DNA of 63,645 nt, counting the filler, from Neolecta irregularis DAH-3 (taxonomy: Eukaryota): assembly GCA_001929475.1 (NCBI GenBank). It is 6 parts of 6 records of this genome, joined end to end, with 100 filler letters (N's around TTAATTAATTAA, not from the genome) between each part and the next. Parts side by side here need not be neighbours in the genome. Positions count along the whole stretch, not along the records: positions 1 to 19,090 come from LXFE01004301.1; 5 more parts are not named here. One strand, given 5' to 3'. The position numbers and the translations under genes were made by a program. The first letter of the stretch is position 1; the number at the start of each line of letters is the position of its first letter. The notes beneath the pieces were generated by a model that was not told the DNA's origin, ran no database searches, and worked only from the letters and a program-made list of their open reading frames with translations. Below are positions 1-12,448 of the stretch, in pieces.

Positions 1-158
1 GATCTCACTAGGCGAGTTACCTTTAGGAAGATTTGTAAACTCGAACATGACCAATAATCCCAAACATACTTACCTATCCATGTAGTTCTAGGCCACTAGT
101 CTACCCAATAGAGACATTAATCTCCGGGTCCTGTACTCTTATGCTCTACACCACCCTC
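1..158. repeat. Partial copy of the LTR-like repeat at 10755-10934
   Basis: Near-identical to 10755-10934; that copy has an extra 22 nt (ctgtatcacactacgtatacaa) and one substitution. This copy ends at an N gap. Confidence 0.9.
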
Positions 159-378
159 NNNNNNNNNNGGCATTCTAATTGAAGGATCCGGGGTTGGATG
201 ATGGACAAGACCGGAAGAGATTAGTTTTATTATAATCTAAAGGATACTCTCGACATCTAGTGGTTGTGGTTAGTTCACTTTACGTTTCGCGTACTTTACA
301 TTTCGCGTGGAACACATGTTATACACAGACAAGCAAGCAAACCGACGCGGGAATGGTAATGGTAATAAAACATGAGAT

Positions 379-1960
379 TTATTTCCTTTTTGGACCCGTC
401 TCGATTTTTGCCTTCTTTTCTGGCCCGCCTCCAGAGCTTCCGCTTTCAAAGATATCCGCTCTAGCACTAGCGAGACGTTTAATGTTATGGGCTACCCCTT
501 CTGGTTGCAGATTTGTGCTTGCTTTTCTAGCCTCTTCTTTTGCTTTTTGGTCTCTCCATTTTGGATCTAAGAGTTCGATTCGCATGTGCTCTTCAAGTTC
601 GCCAACAGGAATGGGTTGGTTGCAGCGGGGACAAACAGACGTTTGTTTGGCGCTGGTTGGGCCTGGTTGGATGTTAACAGGAAATTTTGCAGAAAGTAGG
701 GATACCTCGAGGAGTGTATGTTTGACGAATTTTCATGTTTCCGAGGTTTCCGGGTTGTTGAAGAGCAGGAGGAGGTGCCATATCATAATCTGAGACAGCG
801 ATGGGCACGGTAGTCTGCAAAACAGGCAAAAGAGGCTCAACTCGTTGCTGTTGCTGCCGTAAAGGTTGAGGTTGAACGGAAGGTATAGGTTGAGGCGTAT
901 ATTGGGGAGTGATAGCAGAGGATGTGTTGTCGATCATCAGCTGCCCTGGCTGAGGGAAGAGCGACATCATCCGCTTTTGCTCTAACGTAGCATGCTGAAG
1001 GTCGACCAAGTTAGTAGGTGGTGGTAAGTCCATATGATTGTCCACTTCAGTAAACTCCACCATCTCAACGACGATAAAATCATGCCAATCGATTTGGGCA
1101 TACAGAACTAGAAGAAATATCAAAAGAGTTTCTAGAGATAGGAGAGATGTACTTTTTTCCTTGTCCTCTTTATCAGCTTGACGTTTCCGTTCTTCTTCCG
1201 CTTTTCTCTGCCATGAAACCCGCACCTTAACTCGATCGAGCACCGACAATTTATTCTCCACATTCTTCTTCAGTTTGCTTTCCATATCTTTTGGCGGAAT
1301 TAAAACCTTGGTGTACTGTTCCACGAGTTTAGTAAAGAAAGTGTATAAACTATGATTCGGTCTCAGGAAATCGAATTGATAATTTCTACTCTCACGTTGA
1401 GATAAAGAAGTCATAAATTGGCGCCCATTTCGCGCAACAAACTGGGCAGTCAATTTCAAGACATCCCTAGAATATCATTAACTCGAGCTTTTAGAAACAC
1501 AAACAGATCCTGCGGCGAAATTGCCGGTAGTGGTGCTGAAAATTCAAAAGGGGGGGCCTGACCGAAGGGCTTCTGCTGTTGTTGCTGAGCCTGGAAGCCA
1601 TATGGTTGGTGTGTGTCGATTCCGCTTTCCAAAGTTGGAGCGAAGTTCGGCGTTGAGAGTTTAGGAACGGTAACGTTTGTTGTAGATGGTTTCCCTGATT
1701 TTAACTCATCCAGCCGGTACTGATAAAATTTGAAGTAGTGATCTGCCGGATTCAAAAAGCTGAATTTGACATTATACTGTTCCTTTTCTCTAATTTTGTC
1801 CTCAAACTGCAGACCGTTTCTCGACACGTAGGTAGCTGTCTTCTCGACAATATCTAGCCATATTAGTCCATCAGATCAGGAACACACCTCTGATGTCTTT
1901 TGGCGGAATGATAATGCCAGCAGGAACGTCCGTGCCCGGAGCGACTTCAAAGGTAGGCAT
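379..1960 (-). CDS. PRP21: Splicing factor 3a subunit 1 (Prp21/Sap114), multi-exon
   Basis: Two SURP modules (IVEKTATYVSRNGLQFEDKIREKE...FSFLNP; LKLTAQFVARNGRQF...NYQFDFLRPNH), YAQIDWHDF and EHMRIELLDPKW motifs. ATG at 1960, stop at 379. Confidence 0.93.
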
Positions 1961-2396
1961 AGTTGAGTGATCGGGGGAATGTCGTGGTGTCGGAGTTCAA
2001 GTTGAACTTGAAATGGTAATTATTGGTGTTCAACGTCCACTCTACCATTTGCGAAGTTCAACATATGAAATGTACCTACCGACTGAACAGCTTAGGGTCG
2101 TTGTTGATACTTCGAAGTGATATAAATACAAATTTAAGTACATATGAGCTTGATATTTTAATCTCTATTCATCAATTTGTTGGGTTTTTCTCCCGGCACT
2201 GTGCGTGTTGTTGAGAGTATCCACCTCAAATCAGGATTGCTCCCATAAATGGAACACTAGTCATATCAGTTGTACTGAATCCAGTTTTACTCCTTAAGCT
2301 AGGGAAATTATCAACATGCCTGAGAGCTCTCCATCCTCTTGGGCTACTTTCAAATCGCACAACTCTTCTACATGCTTCTATATTTCCGCAGCTCGC

Positions 2397-3917
2397 TCAT
2401 CCAAGCACCGCAATCAATCCCTTCAGTTCAGCAATAGCGCATCTCATCTCCCCTTCAAGAAACTCTTCTTTCACTTCCTCGAACACTCTCTGTGACCCCT
2501 GATTAATCACATCCCACATAACTCCCACAAACTCTATCACGGAATCCACTATCTCCACATTAATCATCCTGTTCTGAGTATTTCCAAGTATCTCCCAGAA
2601 TGATCCCTGTCCTATACATCCTAAATTAATACATTCCTTCAAATATATGACCCCATCAACATCACCCATCGGACTCTCCCAGATACCCAACCTGGCGATA
2701 ACTTCTAGTTCCCTAATCGCAGAAAGTTTTCTCGCATCAGACTTGTAGCCTAGTCTGATCATTTCTGACCAGACATGATGAAAAAATCGGGCTTTTTGAA
2801 TAGGAGTTGATCCAATATCTTCAAAATCAGCGTTCAGATATAATGAGATTTGTGAGATTTGCGATTTCAGATAGTCTTGACAGAATGACAATGATAGCGT
2901 GTTGAACGCTGTGATCTCTTGATAAGTGAGATTGTCGAGTACATGAGATTTTATCGAATCATTAAGAGAATCCCATTTTCGATGGAACATAGAAAGAGCC
3001 ATAGCTTTATTTGACGAGGTGCTGTGGCAATCATCTGGTAATATGGTTTCATGTAAATTGGATTCTTTAATGTCATCAAAATCCTCATTTGATTGAGATA
3101 GAACATTCAAAGTGGCTTTACAAAGCTCGTCAGTTTCAGGCTGAAGGTACAACTTCCATATTTCTATGTCTGAAGTTTCATGAGAAATCTCATTGGACCG
3201 ACCATCAGATTCAGGATTTAGAACGTCTCTTTTTTGGAACTGAACTCTGATAAGCTTGGTAGAAATAATGACCCCATTTGATCCCTCAATTTTGAGATTT
3301 TTGGAGTCCGAAACACCGTTCAACCAATCTTGAATAATTGCTGGTGTTTTGTAAGCAGGGATCTTAGGGGTATGAGAGATATGGTCGGTAGAGCACGACC
3401 CATCGATACGACCCAGATTTGGCTCTTGATCGAGTGTATGCACTTCTTGGTTATTGTGCACAAAAGATGATGGTCTAGGAGAACGAGAACGAGATGAGAA
3501 ATACATCGAGCTCTCTTCTTGTTCTGTCAACACCACATTCTTTGGGATCATTGATCTTATTTCCTCTTTTACTACATCGAATATTTGTTCTGGTGGAGTT
3601 CGTGGAGTTGACGGTCTCTTCATTGATGGAGGATGAATAATAATTTCAGGAATTAGCCATGAGACACCTCTTTCTGGCTGTGTGAACTGAGATATTTCCT
3701 CAATTGTTGGAGTAGTTGTTCGAAATTCAGAGAATTTAAGAGGTGCGAGGCGTTGTAATGGTGGAAGATTGTGCTCCATACGCTGAAGAGGGGGTAAATA
3801 TTGGTCTATCTCTGTCTCAGTTTCATAGTCTTTTGGACTAAGTTTCTTCAGATGAAGACTAAAGGATAGTTTATTGCTGTAGTTTGAACAATGAAACTTT
3901 GAAGAGCAGTTGCCCAT
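2397..3917 (-). CDS. Orphan 506-aa single-exon protein; N-terminal MGNCSS acylation motif, possible F-box-like segment
   Basis: Uninterrupted ORF with an S/P-rich disordered N-half and a helical-looking C-terminus. Confidence 0.75.
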   Translation of the reverse strand: MGNCSSKFHCSNYSNKLSFSLHLKKLSPKDYETETEIDQYLPPLQRMEHNLPPLQRLAPLKFSEFRTTTPTIEEISQFTQPERGVSWLIPEIIIHPPSMKRPSTPRTPPEQIFDVVKEEIRSMIPKNVVLTEQEESSMYFSSRSRSPRPSSFVHNNQEVHTLDQEPNLGRIDGSCSTDHISHTPKIPAYKTPAIIQDWLNGVSDSKNLKIEGSNGVIISTKLIRVQFQKRDVLNPESDGRSNEISHETSDIEIWKLYLQPETDELCKATLNVLSQSNEDFDDIKESNLHETILPDDCHSTSSNKAMALSMFHRKWDSLNDSIKSHVLDNLTYQEITAFNTLSLSFCQDYLKSQISQISLYLNADFEDIGSTPIQKARFFHHVWSEMIRLGYKSDARKLSAIRELEVIARLGIWESPMGDVDGVIYLKECINLGCIGQGSFWEILGNTQNRMINVEIVDSVIEFVGVMWDVINQGSQRVFEEVKEEFLEGEMRCAIAELKGLIAVLG

Positions 3918-4299
3918 ATAATATTGATGGTGGTTGAGATGAACAATAATTTAAACCTACCTAGCATGTGAAATGCTATCATGTTTATACTCCAGATCGT
4001 CCCTATTTTTTGCCATATCCCACCAGCAATCTTTCACAGAAAAATTGTTGATTCTTACTCCAAAATACCCAAATAACGCACAAACCCAGGCACCGATTTC
4101 AGCTAATCCGAATGTGCCATATCAAGGATAGATCTCTTAAATGTGCCTCGTTCGCGACCCGTGGTCGTTGTGCTACTCGCGAACAAGATAATGGCACTGG
4201 TAAAGGATCCTGGTTTTGTGATTGATGGTCATTGCCGCGTACCACCAAAGCATGGTCTTTATTCTTCCAATCCAACACTAAGCTAAAACTCTGGAAGGA

Positions 4300-5048
4300 A
4301 AGAAACATGTAGAATATTCCTATCAAAGACTAGAGCATCGTACCAATGGTTATATATGTCAATCATAGGAATGCCGACCAGAATCACAGCACCTAGAATT
4401 GGTAAAATGAGGACAATGAACTTCCAGTATCCGTGCCTTAACCACTAATTGCCTAAGGGACATACTCTGGCTTCAAATCCGATCTAAATTTAGTTCGTGA
4501 ATTAATCCATAATGATAGATAAATCATCCCGCAAATGCAGTGGCAGAGTGTCTTGAGGGAAAGCTTTCCAATGCAGCATTGACTTGTTCTTTTTTTTCCG
4601 TGCAGATATTCCGATCAAACATGATCATCCCGTATCCGTTGGGCGGAATGTAACACAAGTCAGGTTTATACCCTTTCTGTCATCCAATCAGGTTAAATCT
4701 CTGCCGATACAATCGAGAAATTGTAGACGGGACTCTCCAATCGTCCAATTAATGATAACGTGAAATAGTGCAGCGGTTATAAGGCTCTGTAACAATTAAC
4801 AATCCTTCGGGAATAAATTTGAGATCGCTCCAACTTCGAGCGAATACATATTCACGCTTCCACGGAATTGCGAATTGGGGATATATTATTTGTCCATCGT
4901 GGTAGGTCATGGGGAAAATACGGGCTGGTGGATTTGGTGGTGAGGCTGGACGATTCCACAGGTGGGTCATTATAAATGGGTACTTAATATCAAAGGGTGA
5001 GGATTCTGCAGGTAGGATGGTCACAGATTTGGTGGTGAGGTTGGACAT
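4300..5048 (-). pseudogene. Degenerate PAP2-family lipid phosphate phosphatase
   Basis: Remnants FPMTYHDGQIIYPQFAIPW, SLITAALFHVIINWTIGESRL, ESFPSRHSATAFAG followed by TGA/frameshift, and WKFIVLILPILGAVIL...DIYNHWYD. Confidence 0.75.
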
Positions 5049-5185
5049 TCCATAGGTGGGACAGAACCGGAATTGGCCGTACGGCCCCCACATGTGACAC
5101 TCGTGACAACCGACTCGACCAACTACCTACTTCATTAATCAAAAGGCCATTCTCTTCACAAATTTAGACAGAAATAAGCGCAAAT

Positions 5186-7673
5186 ATGGGGATTGCCACA
5201 CCAGATCTCTCTGCTCTGATCCTCCATTTGAAGGACCCAAAAGTGAAGGCCGCATTGGGAGTTTTGTCGACGGCGACTATTGCAACCCTTATTCAAATCC
5301 TCCGAACGAAGCATGAGGAGCTACCAAAAATTCACCGAAAAAATTCCGCTGTCATCCTAAGTGATGGTAAATTTCTTTGGTCCTCGAAATCGAAATTGAT
5401 TTCGCATAGGCTCTCGAGAGATATATGTCCCATATAAGAATGAGGAGGCGAAAGTAATTATTAATCCGACGAAGATAGTCACATTTGAAGCCCATCGTAG
5501 ATTGTTCCTTGATAAAAGAAGCGCAGCTCCCGTTGAAGGCAAGGTTGGTGTAAATAGGCGATTTATTAGGCAATTTGAAGCTATCTGGGCTATTCTTGTA
5601 TGTTTTGTAAATTTCCCTCGAGCTGATTATCCTCTAGGTTCCTCGCTTCCAGAGCAAAGAGACTGCTATTCTATTTCTTCACGCATGTTTCCTCATCGCC
5701 CGGACATGGTTATCGTTAGTAGTTGCAAGGCTAGATGGTACAATCGTTCGAGACCTTGTTTCTGCAAATGGGAAAGGGTTCATGCGAGGATTGGCATTTT
5801 GGTTTTTAATCGCCGTTCCGGCTACATACACCAATTCTATGGTATATCTGTCTGCGATGAATTTGCTGAGTTCCAAGATTCAATATTTACAAGCTAAGAT
5901 ATCCATTGGCTTTCGTACTCGATTGATTCGATACGTCCATGATCTCTATCTTAATTCTAATCTTTCTTTCTATAAGATCACCCTTGATGGTCAATTGACC
6001 GGTGCTGACCAATACATTACCACCGATATCACTAAATTCTGTGATACAGTCTCATCACTGTATTCGTCAATCGGGAAGCCTTCTGTGGATATCGTGGTTT
6101 TCACCTATCAATTGTTCCGGAGTATTGGTCCTCTCGGTATGGTTATGATTTTTGCAAACTATTTTGGGACTGCATATCTCCTACGAAAAGTCTCACCTTC
6201 ATTTGGAAGATTAGCTGTTGCTGAAGCAAGGCTTGAGGGTGACTTCCGTAATGCTCACTCTCGTATTGTTACTAGTGCAGAGGAGATTGCATTCTATGGT
6301 GGTGAAAAGGCTGAACTAAGGAGCCTTGATAAAGCTTACCTGAAGCTCATTCGACATGTCAATGGGATCTTCAAGGTAGCATATTTTGCTTTGGAAAATC
6401 TTCTGAATTCTAGATTCTAATTGCCTATAATATGTTTGAAGACTTCATCATTAAATATGCGTGGTCAGCCCTCGGACTTATCTGCTGCTCTTTGCCCGTC
6501 TTTCTTCCCAACCTTGGTGGTCTATCAGAAGGATCTCATGAGCATAATCGTACGAAAGCATTCATCACGAACAAACGGTGTGTTTCCACTGTATCATAAC
6601 CATGCTTATCTGATTAGTCTCTTGCTTAGTCTCAGTGATGCTGGCGGTCGAATCATGTATTCTTATAAAGACCTCGCGGAATTAGCAGGCTATACCGCAA
6701 GAGTCTATGCTCTTCTAAGCACCCTCCATCGAGTTCATGCAAACGCATATAAACCGTCTCGAAATGAAAGAGCCATACCTTATTCTTTCGCCGATATCAA
6801 GGGAACCGTTCAAGAAGGGTATATATCTTTGTTTAAATGCCTCCAATACGTCTAGGTTCGAAGGTATTCGTCTCGAATCTGTTCCTGTCGTAATACCCTC
6901 TGCTTACGCAGGCGAAGAGCTTTTTTCAAGCCTGTCATTTATTATTCGCCCTGGAGAACACATGATTATTTCTGGTCCTAACGGCATCGGGAAAACTGCC
7001 ATTGCAAGAGTTATTGCGGGCCTCTGGCCGGTGTATCAGGGTCTCCTTTCGAAACCTTCAAGTGGAGAAATCATTTATATTCCTCAACGCCCGTATCTCA
7101 GCATCGGAACTCTTCGGGAACAGATTATATATCCCCAAAGTCATCACGAGATGGTGACATCCGGAAAAACCGATGAAGATCTAATGGAAATTTTACGAAT
7201 AGTTAGATTGGAGTACCTTCCTGGCAGAGAAGGTGGACTCGATGCGAAACAAAATAACTGGGGTGCAGTATTTTCTGGTGGAGAAAAACAACGGATGAGC
7301 CTTGCAAGAATGTTTTATCACATGCCTAAGTTTGCGGTACTGGATGAAGCCACCAGCGCTGTCTCTTCCGATGTCGAAGGTATCTATTTCACTTTGCATT
7401 GCATTGCCCATATTTATAGGCATACTCTACGAAAAAGCAAAAGAATTTGGAATCACGCTACTCACAATCTCTCACCGACCTGGTCTCGTTAAATATCATA
7501 AGTACCTACTTAAACTTGATGGAGAAGGCATATGGGAAATCCAAAGAGTTGGGACAGAAAAAGAATTAATGAGCGTAGAACGAGAAATTCAAGATCTTGA
7601 GTGCAGATTAGCACAGGTCGAAGGTTGGACGAGGCGTCACAAGGAGGTTGAGCAGGAGTTGAGGATGGAGTAG
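5186..7673 (+). CDS. PXA1: Peroxisomal long-chain fatty acid ABCD half-transporter, multi-exon
   Basis: [18 protein letters not shown]...EEIAFYGG, Walker [27 protein letters not shown]-terminal IYVPYK...[10 protein letters not shown] is Pxa1-like. Confidence 0.88.
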
Positions 7674-8184
7674 GATATTTTGGTGTGTGAATCAGGCTCA
7701 TATGTTTTATTTGTTCATTGCTTGTCTAAGCAGACACCGGTGACTTTTCGGGTAGAACTACATATATTCCCCTCCTTCGGGTGCTGGCTTCGTATTTATC
7801 TACCCCCGAAGGAATTTTGTCCATAAGGCACCAGAGTTGGGCCTCCTGCAGTGTATAACCGATTCGAGATCCTATTATTCCATACGAGGCCAATGAAATC
7901 AACGAAACACAGGGATTGGGATAAACTATTCCTGAACCTTTGAGCTTCAGGAACCGCAGCAGAATCCACGCAAATAACGATCTATTGTGGTGCCTTTAGG
8001 CTACTATCAGGAGTGAAAAGACTGTCGGTGAGAGTGACCATCTAAATAATACTGTTCGTACAAGTGGAGAAATGTTCGAGAAGATCGTAAGAGTACCCAT
8101 TCTTCTACACGGAAGGCAACACCACAAATAATCATTCAGTCCAGGGGATTAACTTGAATGCACCAAAAATAAAAGCCATTCTCA

Positions 8185-10674
8185 CTAGTTAAGATTTTTC
8201 TGATTTTTTGGCAATTCATGAATGCAATGCCAAATTTGCTGCAGGGAAATCTTTCCTTTGCGACATAATGGGTACATAGCGCAGCCAATAGCAACATGAA
8301 ACTCTCCCAGGTGTGCCCATCGCACCTCGAGCTCCTCCAGGCTGGCAAATCTTGTCTTCCCCGGGAACCTGGGCCCTTTCGTTCGAGGAAGAGATTCACC
8401 GATTGTTTCAAATATTGCGGATAGGAAATTCATGACTGAGATTTTGTCGGAGATATATGACGGGTAAAGTGCGATAAGAGTTTCATATGCAGAATCGATA
8501 TGTTGTCGAATGAACCGGAGTCCAAGGATAACTTCTAGGTTTCGGATATTTGGTGCCAAAGCCGATGAGGTGGCTCTTGCATTTTTTAAAATATCTCCGA
8601 TCGAGTTATCAGGGCTCTGATTTGTCTTTCCGGAATACTGATTGTCAAAAGATGAACACTGACCTTGAGACTCCGTCATGGCAGGGCCCCAACTCGGGAC
8701 ATCTGATGTTTCTGGAGGGTTCCAACTCGGGACATCTGACATTTCTGGAGGGTTCCAACTAGGAACATCTGCCATTTCTGGAGACTTTTGTGGCCAAGGT
8801 TTTGATTCCACTCTTAATAACTCCTTCGTAAGATAAACTGTACTGTTGGCTTCTTCCACACAAACCTGTCCCCATCCAATAAGCCAGATGATTTTTAGAC
8901 CGATTATTCGCGAAATAGGATCATATCTTTCCCATTTCACTCGCAGAGAATTAAGAACCTGTCGTGCCGGAGGAACAAAAAGCTTTCCTGATATACTCTG
9001 AGACACAGCGGCAAACAAAGCGTCTGCAGCCGCACTTAAATTGACCGTAGATGGTTCTTTCTGAGTGAATAAATCTGCCAGTGCTGTTACCACACAAGAT
9101 CTGTGCCGCTGAACGAGTGGTAGCTGAAGCGAGACTTTAAAGAATAAGATTGTATAACGGCGAACTTTTCGACCCGTGCACCATTCAACGAGATCACTGT
9201 CACGAGGCCATTGTGACGGGGAGACAAGATTCGAATTAAGTGGACCAAGTTCAGACGACATGAATGAGGTGTCATGTTTCTCTCTTATAACAAAATCCAG
9301 ATCGTCCGTTTTATCCATCAAAACTGCAAATTTCGCAAGATTGGAGAGCTCCTCGTAACTCTTTTCGGCGAGACGTTCTCCCAAGTTTACCAAACAAGTA
9401 ATATACGATTTTGGATCTTTGACTTGTTTATCCAGTTCTTCTGTCCTCCGAACGATATCTTCCGAACTTTCGGCAGTAATCATATTATTCCCGAGTAATA
9501 TCAAACACCCTGATGCAACACTCTTGGGAAAACTATTGAGTGTTTCACATTTCTCAGAGAAGAAATGACATATTCTTTTCGATGGAAAGGGAGTCGATAA
9601 GCGAGGCAACTTCTTTGAAATCTCCCGGAATACTTCGATGACCAATCGCCGTAGGGGAAGTTTCGAGTTAAAAAAGTATTCAGAGCGGTGATATTCGTAC
9701 ACATCCATCGCAACATCGAAATGGGTCTTCAGGATATCAAGGGAGAATAAAGCATATGTATACTTAGATTTCTGCCGGGATATAGGCCTTTGAGGATCAG
9801 AGGTTAATAATCTTTTTAGTCTACTGTTTTGTTCAGGCGACAAGATGTGCAAGGTGCCAGTGTCGCAGTAGGAATTCGCTACTTTCGAACCGCCTGTGAG
9901 ATATCAGAATAACTCTAGTCTGGTAAGCTGGACCTGCATCCTCCAAAACATCAAGTTTAGGGAACTTTGAGAGATGAAGATTGTTCTTATCACCCAGTGC
10001 ATCCTCCAATGTACGCTTAGTTGAAAACTGAGACGTCGGATTTGAGAAAGCTTTCAGGTGTGGAGGATCACTCAAATTTTGAAGACGAGGATCTACCGCT
10101 CTGCTACTTGTTTGATCGCCAGAGTCTGAAACAACATGTGGTAAAAACCTTCGATTAGGTATATCAACTTCCGCGGCAGACGAAGGGTTTCGGCGAAGGG
10201 TGTTTTGATTTGAAAATATTTCGAGATCCCGTGAGAGTGAAGAGCGAAGTGCTACCGCCTTGTCTGCAATTTTTATCTAAAGAGATTTACTTTTATTAGT
10301 TATTAGTCCTATCATACCACCTGCTCCACCCTACGGGCCCTTGAAGCAGCTTCATCTTCGCCTGATTCATAGCCACTGTGAGGGTGACCATCGACACTTG
10401 TATCGATAGCAAGTTTTTCAAGATTAATTAGTTGAGTCATGTATAACAACAGAAGTCGGCTCTTTTGTTCGTTAATCCGGTTTTCAAGGAGGTTTGATTG
10501 GTCTCTATGAAGATGAAACTTGTCTGAGGAAAGTCCATCTCGATTTCCATCTATGTCGCCTCTGGAAGGAAAATCGACAGCGAGAACCTCAAGCGCCAAA
10601 GCCTGTTCTATCAGTTTCTCCGACTACTTGGAGTATACTGGCGCCATAGTGACTTGTCTCTTGCTCGATAGCAT
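8185..10674 (-). CDS. Large orphan multi-exon protein with three 11-aa repeats
   Basis: 555-aa ORF, plus upstream open frames (9833-~10278 and 10318-10602) joinable by short GT..CTAAT/CTGAT..AG introns. Candidate ATG at 10674; 3' end uncertain. Confidence 0.6.
8689..8783 (-). repeat. 3 x 33-bp coding tandem repeat (PPEMSDVPSWN)
   Basis: Unit ccaactcgggacatctgatgtttctggagggtt repeated with few substitutions. Confidence 0.9.
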
Positions 10675-10720
10675 GGCCTGCGGTGAGGTAAACGGTTAAT
10701 TCCTTACCCCGATTCAAGGT

Positions 10721-10975
10721 TGTCACGTGGGGATGAACTCGCTTATCGTATCCAGATCTCACTAGGCGAGTTACCTTTAGGAAGATTTGTAAACTCGAAC
10801 ATGACCAATAATCCCAAACACTGTATCACACTACGTATACAATACTTACCTATCCATGTAGTTCTAGACCACTAGTCTACCCAATAGAGACATTAATCTC
10901 CGGGTCCTGTACTCTTATGCTCTACACCACCCTCCAATTAGGAAGTCGGTCGTTCTACCTCAAATTATTTTTACA
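10721..10975. mobile_element. Solo-LTR-like element, ~255 bp
   Basis: Bounded by TGTCA...TTACA; its internal part recurs at 1-158. No clean 5-bp target-site duplication. Confidence 0.5.
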
Positions 10976-11141
10976 CCAATTCAAGGATAATTATGAGCGT
11001 ATAACATATCTCACCAGGCAACACTATTTATTTATTCCGCTGGAGATAGATACTTTGCTAGGGTATGATTGTTTTTATAGTAAATCAACAGACCATATCT
11101 CAAACCTGATCGATCAGTTTTGCCCCCTCCTAAATAAACAT

Positions 11142-11319
11142 CTATCAAAACTGCCAGTTCGATACGGATGTTATCTATTATTTACGCCGAGTCCTAAATC
11201 TCAAGCATTTCATTCAAACATTTCTAGCATTGTCAAGTGCTGAAATAACCTTTATCATTCAGTTAAATTAATTATTCTCATAGACATTTATTTATTGACT
11301 CTTCGGCCCAGTCGTATTT
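11142..11319 (-). repeat. Duplicate of the PDR transporter 3' end (12299-12476)
   Basis: ~178 bp with about 5 mismatches, including the last codons NTTGPKSQ* and the 3' UTR; abuts a 10-N gap. Confidence 0.9.
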
Positions 11320-12448
11320 NNNNNNNNNNAACGGGACACCCATTAAAACAGCAATCGAGTCATCAAAGTAACGTTGAGTCTGGTTGTTTGCGATTTGGAA
11401 ATAGTAAAACAATCTGCCAGCCGAGATATCCGTCAAGCTTCGGTAGAAACAGATCAGGTCCAATCCTACCTTATCTAAACAATTGATCTTTGGAACCTGT
11501 GGTAAGAAAATGATAAAATATTTCTGAATCATCTGCTGTTCCTCTCAGTTGTTGCGCTTTTCCAGAAACCTTGAATAGAAGCCTCTTACTCGGCATTATC
11601 CTCTTTGAATATTCGCACTTTTATATTCCACGGCAAAAACATTATTCTCGTGGCTGCATGGACTCCAGGACTATACATTACCTTGATTTCAGAATTCTGT
11701 CATCCTGAAAACGTCGCCAGAATTTGACACCACTAAAATAAGTAATTCTGGGTCTCTCTTACTTCCAAGGACGACTTCTTAGTCAGAGATTGGGGAGGAA
11801 TTCTGATCCTTTTCCAGTTCTGGCATTGCAACTTTCTTCTTTACAATTTGTTTTTCATGGCGTTCCGTTCTGCAGGGTTTTTTGTGGGGATTCGAAGTTA
11901 TCCCACAGCAAAAGATCCACCGGGTTGCCACCGTCACCATCTCACCGTTGGAGGTAGCTGAGGGAACTGTTATGGGAAGCCGCCATCGTGATGGCCTGGC
12001 TTATTCGGGCTATCACAGAATCGCCACCTAGTACGTAATAGGGAGGCCAATAGGCAACGACGGCAGTGTGCAAATGTGCAGATTTTATATATAAGTAGCA
12101 CCTAGCCTGATTATCAGACTAGGTGATATCTGATATTCAACGTAGTTACTCAAGTACCTAGATCGGAATATCCAACTAAAGTCCTGCCTAGCATCAACAT
12201 CGAGCTTGAGTGCTGACAGGTATGTTTTCGTGAACCCCGCACTATATTCAAATCTATGCCATATGCTAGATCAATCTCAAATTCGTGTGATCATTTGCCT
12301 ATCAAAACTGCCAGTTCGATACGGATGTTATCTATTATTTACGCCGAGTCCTAAATCTCAAACATTTCATTCAAACATTTCTAGCATTGTCAAGCGCTGA
12401 AATAACCCCGATCATTCAGTTAAATTAATTATTCTCATAGACATTTAT

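Noticed and set aside
260-793. 177-aa plus-strand ORF and similar ones (41276-41941, 47728-48255, 19222-19836)
   Set aside because: Antisense or off-frame shadows of better-supported genes, with no recognisable motifs.
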